A stretch of DNA of 64,000 nt from a plasmid, in the sequence record NZ_CP120537.1; one strand, 5' to 3'. The translations under genes and the position numbers were made by a program. This document shows positions 30,119 through 40,823 of the stretch, piece by piece. Within the stretch, counting starts at the first letter, position 1. Each line of letters begins with the position of its first letter. The notes under the pieces were generated by a model. The model ran no database searches. It had not been told where the DNA came from and saw only the letters and a list, made by a program, of their open reading frames with translations.

Positions 30119-32341
30119 ATGAGTTCAACCAAGCATATTACGCAGGGTGGACAAGTCTTTAGCTATATGCTCGGCATGTTCATGCAAGTCAATAAGCGAA
30201 TATCTTTTTGGCTTATTCTATTTTTCTTGATGATCTTCCCGATTATTTTTTATTTTAAAGTGCCACTGCAAGAAATTAAAAATGGCGGATTATATTGGTG
30301 GTTATATTTAACCGCAGGCGGTGAAAAAGCCTTATATCGCGTGGCACCCATTTATGAAGTGGATTTTGATGGCCAACTTTATCGGTTTACCTCAGATGCG
30401 ATATTAAAAGACGATTATATGATCTATGCCGGAAATATCGTGCTACAAGAATTGGGATTATCCTTATTATGGGCATGTATTGTCGTCATTGTGCTGTTTT
30501 TTGTCATCTACCGAGTATTTCATGGCTTAGGTAAGCGCCAAGCGAATGATGATGTGATTGGTGGGCGTACACTCACGGAAGATATTAAGCATGTTCGCAA
30601 TATGCTGCATGCACGACGCGAAGCGTCGCCTATTACTTTTGATGGGTTACCCCTGAAGCTTAACAGTGAAGTGCAAAACATGCTAATGCACGGTACGCCC
30701 GGTTCAGGAAAATCAAATACCCTCAATAAATTACTTATCCAGCTTCGCAAACGCGGCGATATGGTGATTGTTTATGATAAAGGGTGTTCCTTAATCAAAC
30801 AGCATTACAATGAGAACATTGATAAGCTACTGAACCCATTGGATAAACGGTGTGAAAATTGGGATTTGTGGAGTGAATGCGTCACTATCCCTGATTTTGA
30901 CAGCGCGTCCAATACGCTTATTCCCCAAAGCACTTCAGAAGATCCGTTTTGGACAGGGTCGGCGCGTACCATTTTTACGACTGTCGCGGCTAAACTCGGT
31001 AAGGATGATAAGCGAAGCTATAACAAATTATTGCGTACCTTATTGGCCATTGATCTTAAGACGTTGCGTGCGTATGTCGCAGGAACGGAAGCCAGTAACT
31101 TGATGGAAGAGAAGGTGGAAAAGACTGCCATTTCAATTCGGGGTGTCTTGACTATCTATGTTAAAGCGCTGCGCTACCTACAAGGGATTGAGCGTAATGG
31201 TAAACCGCCATTTGCGATCCGTGAATGGATGAAAACCGTCAACGAGAAAAAAGACCGTCACGGTTGGTTGTGGATCACCAGTAATGAACGTGAACATGAG
31301 TCTCTAAAACCGTTAATTTCCATGTGGTTATCGCAAGCGGCGAATACGTTACTGGAAATGGGTGATAACCGCGAGCGCCGAGTGTGGTTTATCTATGACG
31401 AATTGATTTCATTGCACCAGTTACCGAATTTACCCCTCATTTTGTCACAAGGCCGTAAATTTGGCGGATGTTTTATTCTTGGCTTTCAAAATAAAGCACA
31501 ACTGAATGTGACTTATGGTAATGAAAATGCTGATGCAATGATGGATTTACTGAATACCCGCTTTTTCTTTCGTTCTCCCGATGAAAGTATCGCTAATTGG
31601 GTACGCGGTCAGCTCGGGCAAACGCGTAAAAAAGTGGCCAGTGAGCAATACAGCTTCGGGCCTGAAACAGTACGCGACGGTGTGTCATTCAGTAAGCAGC
31701 AAGAGGATGTGGATTTAATCAACTACTCCGATGTGCAAAAACTGCCCGATTTAACGTGTTATATCACATTGCCTGGGGAATACCCGGTCATTAAGCACGC
31801 CATGAAATATGAAAAGCTGAAAGTCATCGCGGAAGAATTTATCCCACGACAAATCAATGACAGCTTAGACCAAGAGATTGAAGCTGAAATTGACGAGCGG
31901 TTAAGCCTGGGGGCGCTGCCTGACGTGGTTAATCAGGCCATTGATAGCTTAATTAGCGGTAAACCGATTGAAACACCCGTTGATACGGCACAAAACAATA
32001 TCGCTCCGGAAGTGGCTCAGACTCAACCACAGTCTATCGTTGAGCTCACATCGCAGTCAGTCACACAAAACTCCACGCCGATAACATCGGAAACCGCAGC
32101 ATCTGGCAATCCACCGGAAGCCCAAGGCGGGCAGGAGGTCATCATTGATAACGTCTTGGTGAATACGGAAACAGGGGAAGTTTTGGGGGCAGTCGTTGAA
32201 CAAGAGGAAAATCCACAAGACCTGTATGACAGTTACACGCGCATGCGGCAGGACGAAAAGGAAATTTTTAACCGACCCAAACCTTCCCAAGAAAAGCCAA
32301 AACACATAAATGATGATCATGATGAACCGGAGATGTGGTGA
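30119..32341 (+). CDS. traD: TraD type IV coupling protein
   Basis: Near-collinear identity to F TraD (MTQGGQ, GTPGSGKS Walker A, FGIQSYAQL-like FQNKAQL, acidic/Gln-rich tail). Confidence 0.9.
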   Translation: MSSTKHITQGGQVFSYMLGMFMQVNKRISFWLILFFLMIFPIIFYFKVPLQEIKNGGLYWWLYLTAGGEKALYRVAPIYEVDFDGQLYRFTSDAILKDDYMIYAGNIVLQELGLSLLWACIVVIVLFFVIYRVFHGLGKRQANDDVIGGRTLTEDIKHVRNMLHARREASPITFDGLPLKLNSEVQNMLMHGTPGSGKSNTLNKLLIQLRKRGDMVIVYDKGCSLIKQHYNENIDKLLNPLDKRCENWDLWSECVTIPDFDSASNTLIPQSTSEDPFWTGSARTIFTTVAAKLGKDDKRSYNKLLRTLLAIDLKTLRAYVAGTEASNLMEEKVEKTAISIRGVLTIYVKALRYLQGIERNGKPPFAIREWMKTVNEKKDRHGWLWITSNEREHESLKPLISMWLSQAANTLLEMGDNRERRVWFIYDELISLHQLPNLPLILSQGRKFGGCFILGFQNKAQLNVTYGNENADAMMDLLNTRFFFRSPDESIANWVRGQLGQTRKKVASEQYSFGPETVRDGVSFSKQQEDVDLINYSDVQKLPDLTCYITLPGEYPVIKHAMKYEKLKVIAEEFIPRQINDSLDQEIEAEIDERLSLGALPDVVNQAIDSLISGKPIETPVDTAQNNIAPEVAQTQPQSIVELTSQSVTQNSTPITSETAASGNPPEAQGGQEVIIDNVLVNTETGEVLGAVVEQEENPQDLYDSYTRMRQDEKEIFNRPKPSQEKPKHINDDHDEPEMW

Positions 32342-35300
32342 TGCTGACTGTTGCACCGATTGCCAATAATGCGGCAAATTATTATACCCATGAAGACAAT
32401 TATTATTTTCTCGGCAACCTTGAAGCCCGCTGGATGGGTGAAGGTGCTAAATCACTTGGATTAGAAGGCGAAGTCACTAAAGACCAATTAGGTGGGATCC
32501 TTGAGGGGCGCTTACCCAATGGCCAAAGTCTTGAGCGGATGGAAAACGGTAAAAATGCGCACCGTGAAGGGCATGACTTAACGTTTTCAGCACCCAAAAG
32601 TGTCTCGGTATTAGGACTTGTTCTTGGCGATAAGCGTATGATTGACGCACATAATCATGCCGTCGAGGTCGCCCTGAAAGAAGTGGAGAGCCTCGCGTCA
32701 ACGCGAGTGATGGTTGACGGAAAAACGTCGCTGGAAATGACCAAAAACTTAGTTATCGCGGCATTTAACCATGATACGTCCCGCGAGCACGATCCTTTAG
32801 TCCATACGCATGCTCTTGTGATGAACATGACCGAACACAATGGCGAGTGGCGCACGTTATCCAGTGATACACAGCAAAAAAGCGGCTTTAGTGAGGCGGT
32901 TTATGCCTTACAAGTGTCATTAGGGCAAATCTACCGCCATGCTTTACGTGAGCGTGTGGAAAGCTTTGGCATGCAAACCCATGAAACAGGCAAGAATGGA
33001 TTATGGGAAATTGTGGGCGTGCCCGTTGTGCCGTTTTCTCAGCGGCATTACCAAATCATGGATGCGGTGGGGCATGAAGCCTCACTCAAATCCCGTGATG
33101 TGGCCGCCCTCGATACGCGTCAAGCCAAAACAACCCCTGAAAAAAGTGAGTTGTTGACCGACTGGTTTGACCGCTTGGATAAAAATGGCTTTGGCCCTGA
33201 AGAACGCAAAGCGTTTTACGCTGAAGCCGAGCAGCGTCTTGCCAAAGGCCAGATGGGTGATACCTCTCGGGATATACAGCCCGATATTACCCGCGCTGTC
33301 ACTGATGCGATTGCGTTACTCAGTGATAAGCAGCTTAGTATGACTTACAGCCAAGTGTTGGCTAAAACGCTTGGGGGATTGGAAGCCCGTGCGGGCATGA
33401 TAGCGCAGGTGCGTGAAGCGATTGATGTGGCGATTGAACAGCGTCAACTTATTCCACTGGATGAGAAAAAAGGGTTGTTTACCTCGTCCATTCATTTAAT
33501 GGACGAGCTGAAGCTGCAACAAATCGCCACCGACATGAAGCAACATAACCGTACCGTCAGTTTTCAGGTGCGGACAGAAACCCTCACGCCAGTCATGGAA
33601 AAAGTGGCGGACACCTTACCCAATATTGCGATTGTGGCCAGTCAAGGGCTTGGTAAAGCGCAGCGAGACGGGGTATTAGACGGTGTCACGATGGCCCAAT
33701 CACAAGGGCGTGACGTGGCTGTAATGACCCTTGATGCGACCAGCGGTAAAGCGTTTGCCAATGATAATCGCTTTGCCACTGTGCCAAAAATGACGCTGGG
33801 TGATGGTCAACCACTCAAGCCCAACAGTACCTTAGTGGTGGCTAATGCGGAAAAACTGTCATTGAAATCGGCCTTATCTCTACTGGAAAATGCTCAATCT
33901 GCCAATGTGCAGGTGCTCATGATGGACAGTGGCGGCCGTAAAGGTACGGGAAACGTGTTGGCGACGCTGCAAGATGCGGGGGTGCCACGTTTTAAAGGTG
34001 AGTCTTCCGCTGTCTTGACGGTGAAAACGGCACACATTCCCGATAAAAATCATCGTTATGCGGCATTGGCGGCGGATTATGCACAGCTACACAGTGACAT
34101 GAAACCCGTGGTTGCGCAGGTCAGTGGCGTTCGGGAACAAAAAATTGTCACTGACACCATTCGCCAAACGCTCACTGAGCGGGGCATGCTCAGTGAAAAA
34201 ACGGTGACGGTGACACAGCTCAAACCCGTGTGGCTCGACAGCCATTCGCGCAAGCAAATCGACAGCTACCGTGAAGGCATGGTGATGGAGCGTTGGAATG
34301 CGGATAAAAAAGAGGTTGAACGTTACACCATTGACCGTGTGACGCCTGAAACTCGGTCGGTCACGTTGCTTGACAGTCAAGGGCAAAAACAGGTGATGAA
34401 ACCGCAGCAATTTGATGGCCAATGGAGTGCGTATCAACGCCAAACGATGGACATCAAGCAAGGCGAGCAGTTAACGATATTGGCGAAGCAAAATAAGCTC
34501 TCTGCACGTGACAGGGTCACGGTAACTGGGTTTATGCCAAACGCAATAATGGTTAATTTCAACGGAAAAACGCACCGTATTGATGTACGAGACGGTGTCA
34601 AAGCCGATTATGGTTATGTTACCGCGCCAGGGCAACAGGCTAACGATACGGGCACAGTGTTATTGGCCGCATCAGCACGGGATACGCAACCCACATTACT
34701 CAATACGGCTGCGCGCAGTGGTGAACATATTACCGTGTATACGCCACTGGATAAGATGGAAACCGAGCGTCGTTTATCGCGTTCGCCAGTCTATCAGCAA
34801 GCGCGGCAGTTAGCGGGGGTTGAAGGGTTAGACAGCAAAGCCATTGAACAAGCCGTCGATAAAGCCACGGAAGCGTTATTGTCTAAGCCCGAAAAAGCCC
34901 TGCAACAAGGCATGGCGTTAGCACAAGAGAGTCAGGTTTTTTTCTCGCGCATCGATGCAATTGCCAAAGCGTTACCATTACACAACTCGCTCGACAGTCA
35001 ATCGCTTGGGAAAGCTTTTGACCGCTTAGTCGCCCAAAAAGCCATCATCCCCGTGACCAGTGGTAAAGGCGCAGCCCAACAACGCTACGTGACGGCCAGT
35101 ACGTGGGAGATGGAAAAGCAAATCCTGACCACCATTTTAGCCGGCAAAGGAACACAAACCCCACTGATGGAGTCTGTTCCTGAAGCCGTACTGGAAGGGC
35201 TAACGGAGGGGCAAAAGGCCGCCACTACATTGATTTTAACCACGCGTGACCAGTTTGTCGGCATACAAGGCTATGCCGGGGTGGGGAAAACAACTCAGCT

Positions 35301-37467
35301 GAAGGCTGTTCTCAAGGCCTTGGAAACACTCCCTGAGACGCAGCGACCGGAAGTGATAGGTCTTGCCCCCACACACCGAGCGGTGGGGGAAATGGCCGCT
35401 GTGGGGGTGAAATCACAAACCTTGCATGCCTTTTTGATGGATGCGAATCAACGCCAACAGCAAGGGGAAGTGCTGGATTTTAAAAACACCCTCTTTTTAG
35501 TCGACGAAGGTTCGATGGTCGGAAACAAAATTATGACTGAAGTGTTAGACGTGATTGGGCGCGGTGGCGGGCGAGCGCCGATTTCAGGGGATAGGGCGCA
35601 GCTATTGTCGGTGGACAGTGGTACACCGTTTTCCCTCGCGCAAGACCGTTCAACGCTGACGACTGCGGTTGTGAACGAAATTGTACGGCAAAGACCCGAG
35701 CTTCGCCCTGCGATTGAAGCCATCATAGCCGGTAATATTCAAACTGCGATGGATACGATGAATCGCGTGACGCCTGATGTGGTTCCCCGTCGCGCGGGGG
35801 CGGAATTCCCCGAACAGTCGGTGATAAATTCAGGCGACAAGGTCATCACACATATTCTTGATGACTATCGCGGACGAACGGTTGAAGCCCAAAAAGAGAC
35901 ACTGATTGTGGCACAAACCAACCGCGATAAAGATGAACTTAATCGCGGTATTCATCAAATCTTAGTCGAGCAAGGGCAATTACAAGGGGGAAAAGACGTC
36001 CCGATATTGGTGCGTGAAAGTACGCGCACAGAGGCCTTGTTATCAACGGCAGGACTGGCAAAACATGCCGGTAAAATTGCCCTCATCCAAGAGCAGTACT
36101 ATCGGATTGAGGTGACTCAAGAGGGCGTCAGTGACGGAGTTGTGACCCTGGTTGATGAACAAGGCAAAAGGCATTTACTTTCGGCCTTTGAAAGTAGCTT
36201 GCTGGATATTGGTATTTACCGCCAAGAAACCCGTCATATCGCCGCAGGGGAAAAAATCAACTTTACTCGCACGGATAAAGAGCGCGGACGCGTGATGAAC
36301 AGTGACTGGACGGTCAGTGAAGTCAGTGGTAACGGGCAAATCACCATTACTAAGGGCGATGAGTCACGCGTGCTTAGCCCGAATAGCGAATTGACAGACC
36401 AACATCTGGATTACGGTTATGCGGGCACGGCACACAAAGCGCAAGGGGCAAGTAGCTTGTATGTGATTGTCCTTGGGGGGGTTGAGTCAGGACGACGTAT
36501 GCTGGCCACCTTACGTGATGCGTATGTGGCTTTATCTCGTACTAAAGCGCACGTGCAAACCTACAGTGATGATTTGGATAAATGGACAAAAGCCATTGAA
36601 AACCCCGGAAACCGGAAGACCGCGCATGATGTGTTGCTGGCTGAGCAAGACCGTGCCGCCAAAGTCGGTAATCAACTGTTTGACCATGCGAAACCCCTTA
36701 ATGATACGGCGATTGGTCGCGCTTTAAGTCGGCAAATGGGGCTCGGTGAATCCCATGAAGGGAAGTTTGTTTATCCGTCCACCAAGCACCCCGAGCCACA
36801 TGTGGCGTGGCCCGCATTTAATGAACACGGTAAAGCCCAAGGTACGGTGTTACAAGCGATTGAACTTGAAGAGGATAAATTGAAGGGGCTTCGTGCTGAA
36901 GTGCGCTTACTGGGAAGCGAGCAGGCACAATTTATTGTCGTCAAACCCAGTCAAAACGGGCACACCGTGATTGTGAACAGTCTAGAATCCGCTTTTGAGA
37001 CGATGGCACAGCAACCCGAACAGGGTGTGGTGGTGCAACTCAATCCGGATGAACGTTTACACACGGCCATGATTGAAAAAATCACGCAAGGGGAAGTGGA
37101 TAACGCCTATTCCAACCCGAATACCGCGCAAACCGATAAAGCAGACAGTGACCCGAAAAACCTGCAAACCCCCGAGGAGCAGGCGATTGATAAAGCCTTA
37201 AAAGAGGCTGAAGCTGCCCTGCGTCAGCAAGCGAACAGCGAGCCTAAAGTGCCAGAACTGAGCGAGGACGAACTGAGGCAGGTGATGGCGCAAGAGCGTG
37301 ATAGCTTACTTAAAGGGGAACATGACTTAATGGAGGCGAAAGAGCGAGTCATTGAAAAGGCCGTTCAGTTTGAGCGTGAACATCAGCAACAACAACGAGA
37401 CGTTTTGCGTCAACAAGAGCGTGAAATGGTGATGGAAAAATCCCGTGACCGTGAGTTTGGTGATTAA
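32341..37467 (+). CDS. traI: TraI MOBF relaxase-helicase
   Basis: YYTHEDNYY, HDTSREHDPLVHTH (3-His motif), GYAGVGKTT (helicase Walker A) and C-terminal QQQRDV repeats. ATG at 32341; an in-frame GTG lies at 32335. Confidence 0.9.
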   Translation: MLTVAPIANNAANYYTHEDNYYFLGNLEARWMGEGAKSLGLEGEVTKDQLGGILEGRLPNGQSLERMENGKNAHREGHDLTFSAPKSVSVLGLVLGDKRMIDAHNHAVEVALKEVESLASTRVMVDGKTSLEMTKNLVIAAFNHDTSREHDPLVHTHALVMNMTEHNGEWRTLSSDTQQKSGFSEAVYALQVSLGQIYRHALRERVESFGMQTHETGKNGLWEIVGVPVVPFSQRHYQIMDAVGHEASLKSRDVAALDTRQAKTTPEKSELLTDWFDRLDKNGFGPEERKAFYAEAEQRLAKGQMGDTSRDIQPDITRAVTDAIALLSDKQLSMTYSQVLAKTLGGLEARAGMIAQVREAIDVAIEQRQLIPLDEKKGLFTSSIHLMDELKLQQIATDMKQHNRTVSFQVRTETLTPVMEKVADTLPNIAIVASQGLGKAQRDGVLDGVTMAQSQGRDVAVMTLDATSGKAFANDNRFATVPKMTLGDGQPLKPNSTLVVANAEKLSLKSALSLLENAQSANVQVLMMDSGGRKGTGNVLATLQDAGVPRFKGESSAVLTVKTAHIPDKNHRYAALAADYAQLHSDMKPVVAQVSGVREQKIVTDTIRQTLTERGMLSEKTVTVTQLKPVWLDSHSRKQIDSYREGMVMERWNADKKEVERYTIDRVTPETRSVTLLDSQGQKQVMKPQQFDGQWSAYQRQTMDIKQGEQLTILAKQNKLSARDRVTVTGFMPNAIMVNFNGKTHRIDVRDGVKADYGYVTAPGQQANDTGTVLLAASARDTQPTLLNTAARSGEHITVYTPLDKMETERRLSRSPVYQQARQLAGVEGLDSKAIEQAVDKATEALLSKPEKALQQGMALAQESQVFFSRIDAIAKALPLHNSLDSQSLGKAFDRLVAQKAIIPVTSGKGAAQQRYVTASTWEMEKQILTTILAGKGTQTPLMESVPEAVLEGLTEGQKAATTLILTTRDQFVGIQGYAGVGKTTQLKAVLKALETLPETQRPEVIGLAPTHRAVGEMAAVGVKSQTLHAFLMDANQRQQQGEVLDFKNTLFLVDEGSMVGNKIMTEVLDVIGRGGGRAPISGDRAQLLSVDSGTPFSLAQDRSTLTTAVVNEIVRQRPELRPAIEAIIAGNIQTAMDTMNRVTPDVVPRRAGAEFPEQSVINSGDKVITHILDDYRGRTVEAQKETLIVAQTNRDKDELNRGIHQILVEQGQLQGGKDVPILVRESTRTEALLSTAGLAKHAGKIALIQEQYYRIEVTQEGVSDGVVTLVDEQGKRHLLSAFESSLLDIGIYRQETRHIAAGEKINFTRTDKERGRVMNSDWTVSEVSGNGQITITKGDESRVLSPNSELTDQHLDYGYAGTAHKAQGASSLYVIVLGGVESGRRMLATLRDAYVALSRTKAHVQTYSDDLDKWTKAIENPGNRKTAHDVLLAEQDRAAKVGNQLFDHAKPLNDTAIGRALSRQMGLGESHEGKFVYPSTKHPEPHVAWPAFNEHGKAQGTVLQAIELEEDKLKGLRAEVRLLGSEQAQFIVVKPSQNGHTVIVNSLESAFETMAQQPEQGVVVQLNPDERLHTAMIEKITQGEVDNAYSNPNTAQTDKADSDPKNLQTPEEQAIDKALKEAEAALRQQANSEPKVPELSEDELRQVMAQERDSLLKGEHDLMEAKERVIEKAVQFEREHQQQQRDVLRQQEREMVMEKSRDREFGD

Positions 37468-37699
37468 CACCCTGTTATTTTAGTTTTAACCCGCATTGTC
37501 GGCGATTTCCGCCAGTTTCGTTTAGTTTTCTCTCGCGTCGAACCTCAAGTTTTATCACAAATTTTGTGAATAAATCGCGTCTTTATCGTGAAGACGTTGC
37601 TTGAATGCGCATAGAGTGCTAAATTAGCCGACAATTGATGTGAATTTTGTGGTCGCCACGCCGAAAGGTGGCAAGAGATGGGATGTAACACACAAACAT

Positions 37700-37800
37700 G
37701 TGCTGTGAACCCAAATAGAAAACCCCTGTAATCTTCTTCTATCTTGGCGGACCGAGGAAAGATTATCAGGGGTCATCAGAGTAATTCCGCTAGGGGTAAT
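37700..37800 (-). ncRNA. copA: candidate CopA-like antisense RNA of the IncFII copy-control region
   Basis: Long imperfect hairpin cccctgtaatcttcttc...gaaagattatcagggg just upstream of the leader peptide, matching the CopA/CopT architecture. Confidence 0.3.
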
Positions 37801-37830
37801 GTTGAACTCCTAGCGGGGAGTATAGAATTA

Positions 37831-37866
37831 TGTGCAAAAAAATTCAACTCCTTCCGTACAACATAA
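37831..37866 (+). CDS. tap: tap-like leader peptide (MCKKIQLLPYT) translationally coupled to repA
   Basis: 11 codons; the stop TAA abuts the repA GTG start. Confidence 0.35.
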   Translation, partial: CAKKFNSFRTT

Positions 37867-38817
37867 GTGCGGAGAGACATGTCTAATGGGATCTCAATTC
37901 CTGCAATCCCTTGTTCCGTCGGTAAAATTCATCGGCATTATGCGCCAAAATTTTTAGGGCAATTACCGAAATTAGTGCCTGTGCGTCGCTTTGCAGCCGC
38001 ATTAAAGCGTCACGATTGGAACCGCAACCCCCATATTTACCAACTGCGATATAGCCGAAAGCAGCGGATATCGGTGCGTTCAGAGCGTCGAGAAACCTTT
38101 GATGCATTAGCGATGGCCATGATCGCCTATGCGGATTACAACCCTGAAAGTGATGCGTTGTTCGAAGTAATGTGCTCCGTGGAGAAGTTGGCGGAGTTAT
38201 GTGGACAGCTGTATCGCTATGACAGTGGTCGTAAAAGTTACGACCCGATACTGCATGCCTTGCGCGACTGGGAACAAGCCAACCTGATTGTCATTGACCG
38301 CGATTTTGATGTCGAGGCGAAGCAATACAAAGCGATGCGTATTTGGATACGCCCTGAATTTTTCCATGGACTCGGATTTTCCGCATTAGAGCTGCGGGAA
38401 GTGGTCGCCAGCTTTAGCCGTTGGATGGAAAAAAAGGGATTAAAAGAGAGCTACCAAAAACGCTACGCCCAACATGTCTTGCGACTTGCGCGTGCGAATG
38501 TGGCGTCACTGGACACTAAGCACAAACTTCGCAACCTGCTCAACAAGCTCAAAACCCTTGTGGTTGGGAAAGATGAAGCCCTGAAACAAGAGAAAAAACA
38601 TTTAGCCAAAGCGCTGAAGGAAAAGAAAGCCTTAGCCCAAAGTACGCGTGCGCCTGAAAGTCAAGAGCATGCCGCCTGGCGTCGCTTTGAAGCCTGGAAG
38701 GTGACGCAGCCTATTGCGGCCGTCATGGCCTTTGAGCGGAAAATGAAAGCCTTGTATCCGAGTGTTCAAGGGCAGGCCATTTACCTGCATTATCTGGAAC
38801 ACCTACCCGACGCCTAA
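37867..38817 (+). CDS. repA: RepA1 IncFII-type replication initiator
   Basis: Collinear similarity to R100 RepA1: the Arg-rich segment, ALAMAMIAYADYNPESD versus AIDALLQGLCFHYDPLAN, and the Lys-rich C-terminal part. GTG start (alternative ATG at 37879). Confidence 0.65.
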   Translation: MRRDMSNGISIPAIPCSVGKIHRHYAPKFLGQLPKLVPVRRFAAALKRHDWNRNPHIYQLRYSRKQRISVRSERRETFDALAMAMIAYADYNPESDALFEVMCSVEKLAELCGQLYRYDSGRKSYDPILHALRDWEQANLIVIDRDFDVEAKQYKAMRIWIRPEFFHGLGFSALELREVVASFSRWMEKKGLKESYQKRYAQHVLRLARANVASLDTKHKLRNLLNKLKTLVVGKDEALKQEKKHLAKALKEKKALAQSTRAPESQEHAAWRRFEAWKVTQPIAAVMAFERKMKALYPSVQGQAIYLHYLEHLPDA

Positions 38818-39523
38818 TTCCCCCCCCCTAAATTTACCGCCTTGACTGGCGGTGGTTTCGTTCGCCCCAAATCTGGATAGCCTGTTTTTTGAACAGGAAA
38901 TTCGTTGTTCTAATCTCTCCATTCATCTCAACGATGACACCTCGACTATTTTCGTTGGATATTTACCCCATTAACTTCGAATGGGTTTATTCTCTGCAAT
39001 TAACTTCGAATCAGTTTGGGGTTTTAAAGTTAAATTCGTTTTTAGGTTCTGAACTAAACGTCCTTTTTAATAAAAGGAGTTGCGGCTCTGCTTTTTCAAG
39101 CCGCACACTCTAAAGAGATAAACCCAATAAAGCCTTCGCTTACAAGCCATAAATGGCTGTCGCTCAGATTACGGTGTCAATATCGTGCCATTGCCCCCGT
39201 AAAGCTGGCCTTTGGCCACCTTAACGCGCAGCTACAGCCGTTCATCGAGGCTACGCCTCTTGCCCGTCTCACTGCGTTTTTCAAAGGGTCAAATACGCAA
39301 AATGACGGTGTTAGTTTCAATCGGCTCAACCAGGACAGGGGGTAGATTGGGGGATTAAACAGCACGTAACCGCTCACGCGGGTCTCGACGGCCCTAACCA
39401 CTATTCGTTCTTTGTGACTATTTCTGCCGTCTACAGCCCTACGGGCGGGTGATTTCGGTTAAATTTCATGATAATCTGCGATTAATGCATTGATGATAAA
39501 CACGATTTTGGTGTGAGGTTGGA
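38818..39523. promoter_or_regulatory. candidate replication origin region downstream of repA
   Basis: Poly-C tract, AT-rich stretch, no credible ORF. Same position as oriR in IncFII replicons. Confidence 0.3.
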
Positions 39524-40087
39524 ATGGAACGCAAAACACTGACGTTAAAACGTCCGGCGATAGAAAAAGACTCGGAAAGTACTGAACCGGTTATTCAACG
39601 TCGCCGTAAACAGGTGGTGGTTAACACACAGCGTAAACCCCATAAACCCGCCAAAACAGCGCCAACTCAATCGACTAAAAAAGTAACCCCTGCGAAAAAA
39701 CAGAAAGCGGTTGTCATCCCGTTAGAAAAGAAAGTCATTCCTCCAACGCCACCAAAACAACATCTGCCGTTAGAGGAGGCGATTGCCAATATTTCAGCCT
39801 ATTGGCCACAACTCTTTCCCGATGGACAACTTCGACCCATGGCAGTGGGGACACGAGAGGCCTTATTTGCGGACAAAAAAGTCCGTGAACTGCCTATTTC
39901 ATATAAAAAATTGAAACGCAGCCTGGCGGCCATTAGTCACAGTGTCAAATACCGCACGACGATTATGCCTGGTGCAGTACGTTATGATAAAGACGGCCAA
40001 CCTAACGGGGCTGTCACGGAATCGGATGTGGCCGATACGTTAAAACGCATACAAAGACTCGCTAAACAACAATCACGACACACATGA
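39524..40087 (+). CDS. finO: FinO RNA chaperone (fertility inhibition)
   Basis: KTLTLKRP, YWPQLFPDGQLRPMAVGTREAL, ISYKKLKRSLAAISHSVKY and AVRYDKDG parallel F FinO. Confidence 0.8.
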   Translation: MERKTLTLKRPAIEKDSESTEPVIQRRRKQVVVNTQRKPHKPAKTAPTQSTKKVTPAKKQKAVVIPLEKKVIPPTPPKQHLPLEEAIANISAYWPQLFPDGQLRPMAVGTREALFADKKVRELPISYKKLKRSLAAISHSVKYRTTIMPGAVRYDKDGQPNGAVTESDVADTLKRIQRLAKQQSRHT

Positions 40088-40704
40088 CAAAAGTAATAAA
40101 TCCCCCGATTTCTGTTGAAGAAAAAAATCATTGGTTAGGTAAATTAGCCTTTTCCGCTTTAGTCGCGCTCAAGCTGGCGCAGTGGGATGGAAAAGCTGCC
40201 CGAAACGCCCAGTCCGAAAATCTTTTTCTGCTTCGCTGGCTACAAACGGCCCTGAAACAAAAACGGTTTCATCGTTGTGTCGTTCATGATTTTGAATGGC
40301 TCATTCACCTTGGCCAACAATGGCTAATGACCTCAAAATTAAAATCACGGTTAGAATATCTGTGGCGTTCGTGTTGTTGTGATATTACCAGGCAAAGTGA
40401 TTTGTTTCGTTTAACCTACGCGACCGAGCTGCTTAAAGATTTGGGCTGGGACAGTGTGGTACTCAGTGAAGACCGCTGGCAAAAACTGATTGCGAAAAAG
40501 CCGATAGTCACTGCAATTCCCACCTTCTATGTTACTGCCTCTGCTTTAACCACTGGATTCAGTGATGAAGGAAAACAGATAGACTCGGTGGCGTTTTGGG
40601 TGCTGGGTGATAAAAAACAATTTAGCGAAGTCTTCAAACAACACCATCTTTGCGGTCAGTTCGATGAAAATTTGCCACACTATACGTTGTTGTTCTTACT
40701 GTAG
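40084..40704 (+). CDS. hypothetical backbone protein (its 5' and 3' segments recur as fragments near 46.9 kb and 45.1 kb)
   Basis: 206-aa ORF overlapping the finO stop. Confidence 0.4.
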   Translation: MTKVINPPISVEEKNHWLGKLAFSALVALKLAQWDGKAARNAQSENLFLLRWLQTALKQKRFHRCVVHDFEWLIHLGQQWLMTSKLKSRLEYLWRSCCCDITRQSDLFRLTYATELLKDLGWDSVVLSEDRWQKLIAKKPIVTAIPTFYVTASALTTGFSDEGKQIDSVAFWVLGDKKQFSEVFKQHHLCGQFDENLPHYTLLFLL

Positions 40705-40823
40705 GGTATGGATTTGCAGAGTTTTTCTCAAAAATACACTTAACGCACAGTTTGTGTATAGTTAGGCTTTAGTCCCTATGAGACTCAGTTGTTCGAAATT
40801 TAAGCTAAAAAAGGATATACTCC

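Noticed and set aside
34087-35726. Antisense or out-of-frame ORFs inside traI (34087-34461, 34580-34813, 35448-35726), and similar ones inside traC, traN, traG and traD
   Set aside because: They are embedded in strongly supported long genes that have clear homology.
39177-39401. ORF 39177-39401 (-)
   Set aside because: It lies in the presumed origin region downstream of repA, with no ribosome-binding site and no homology.
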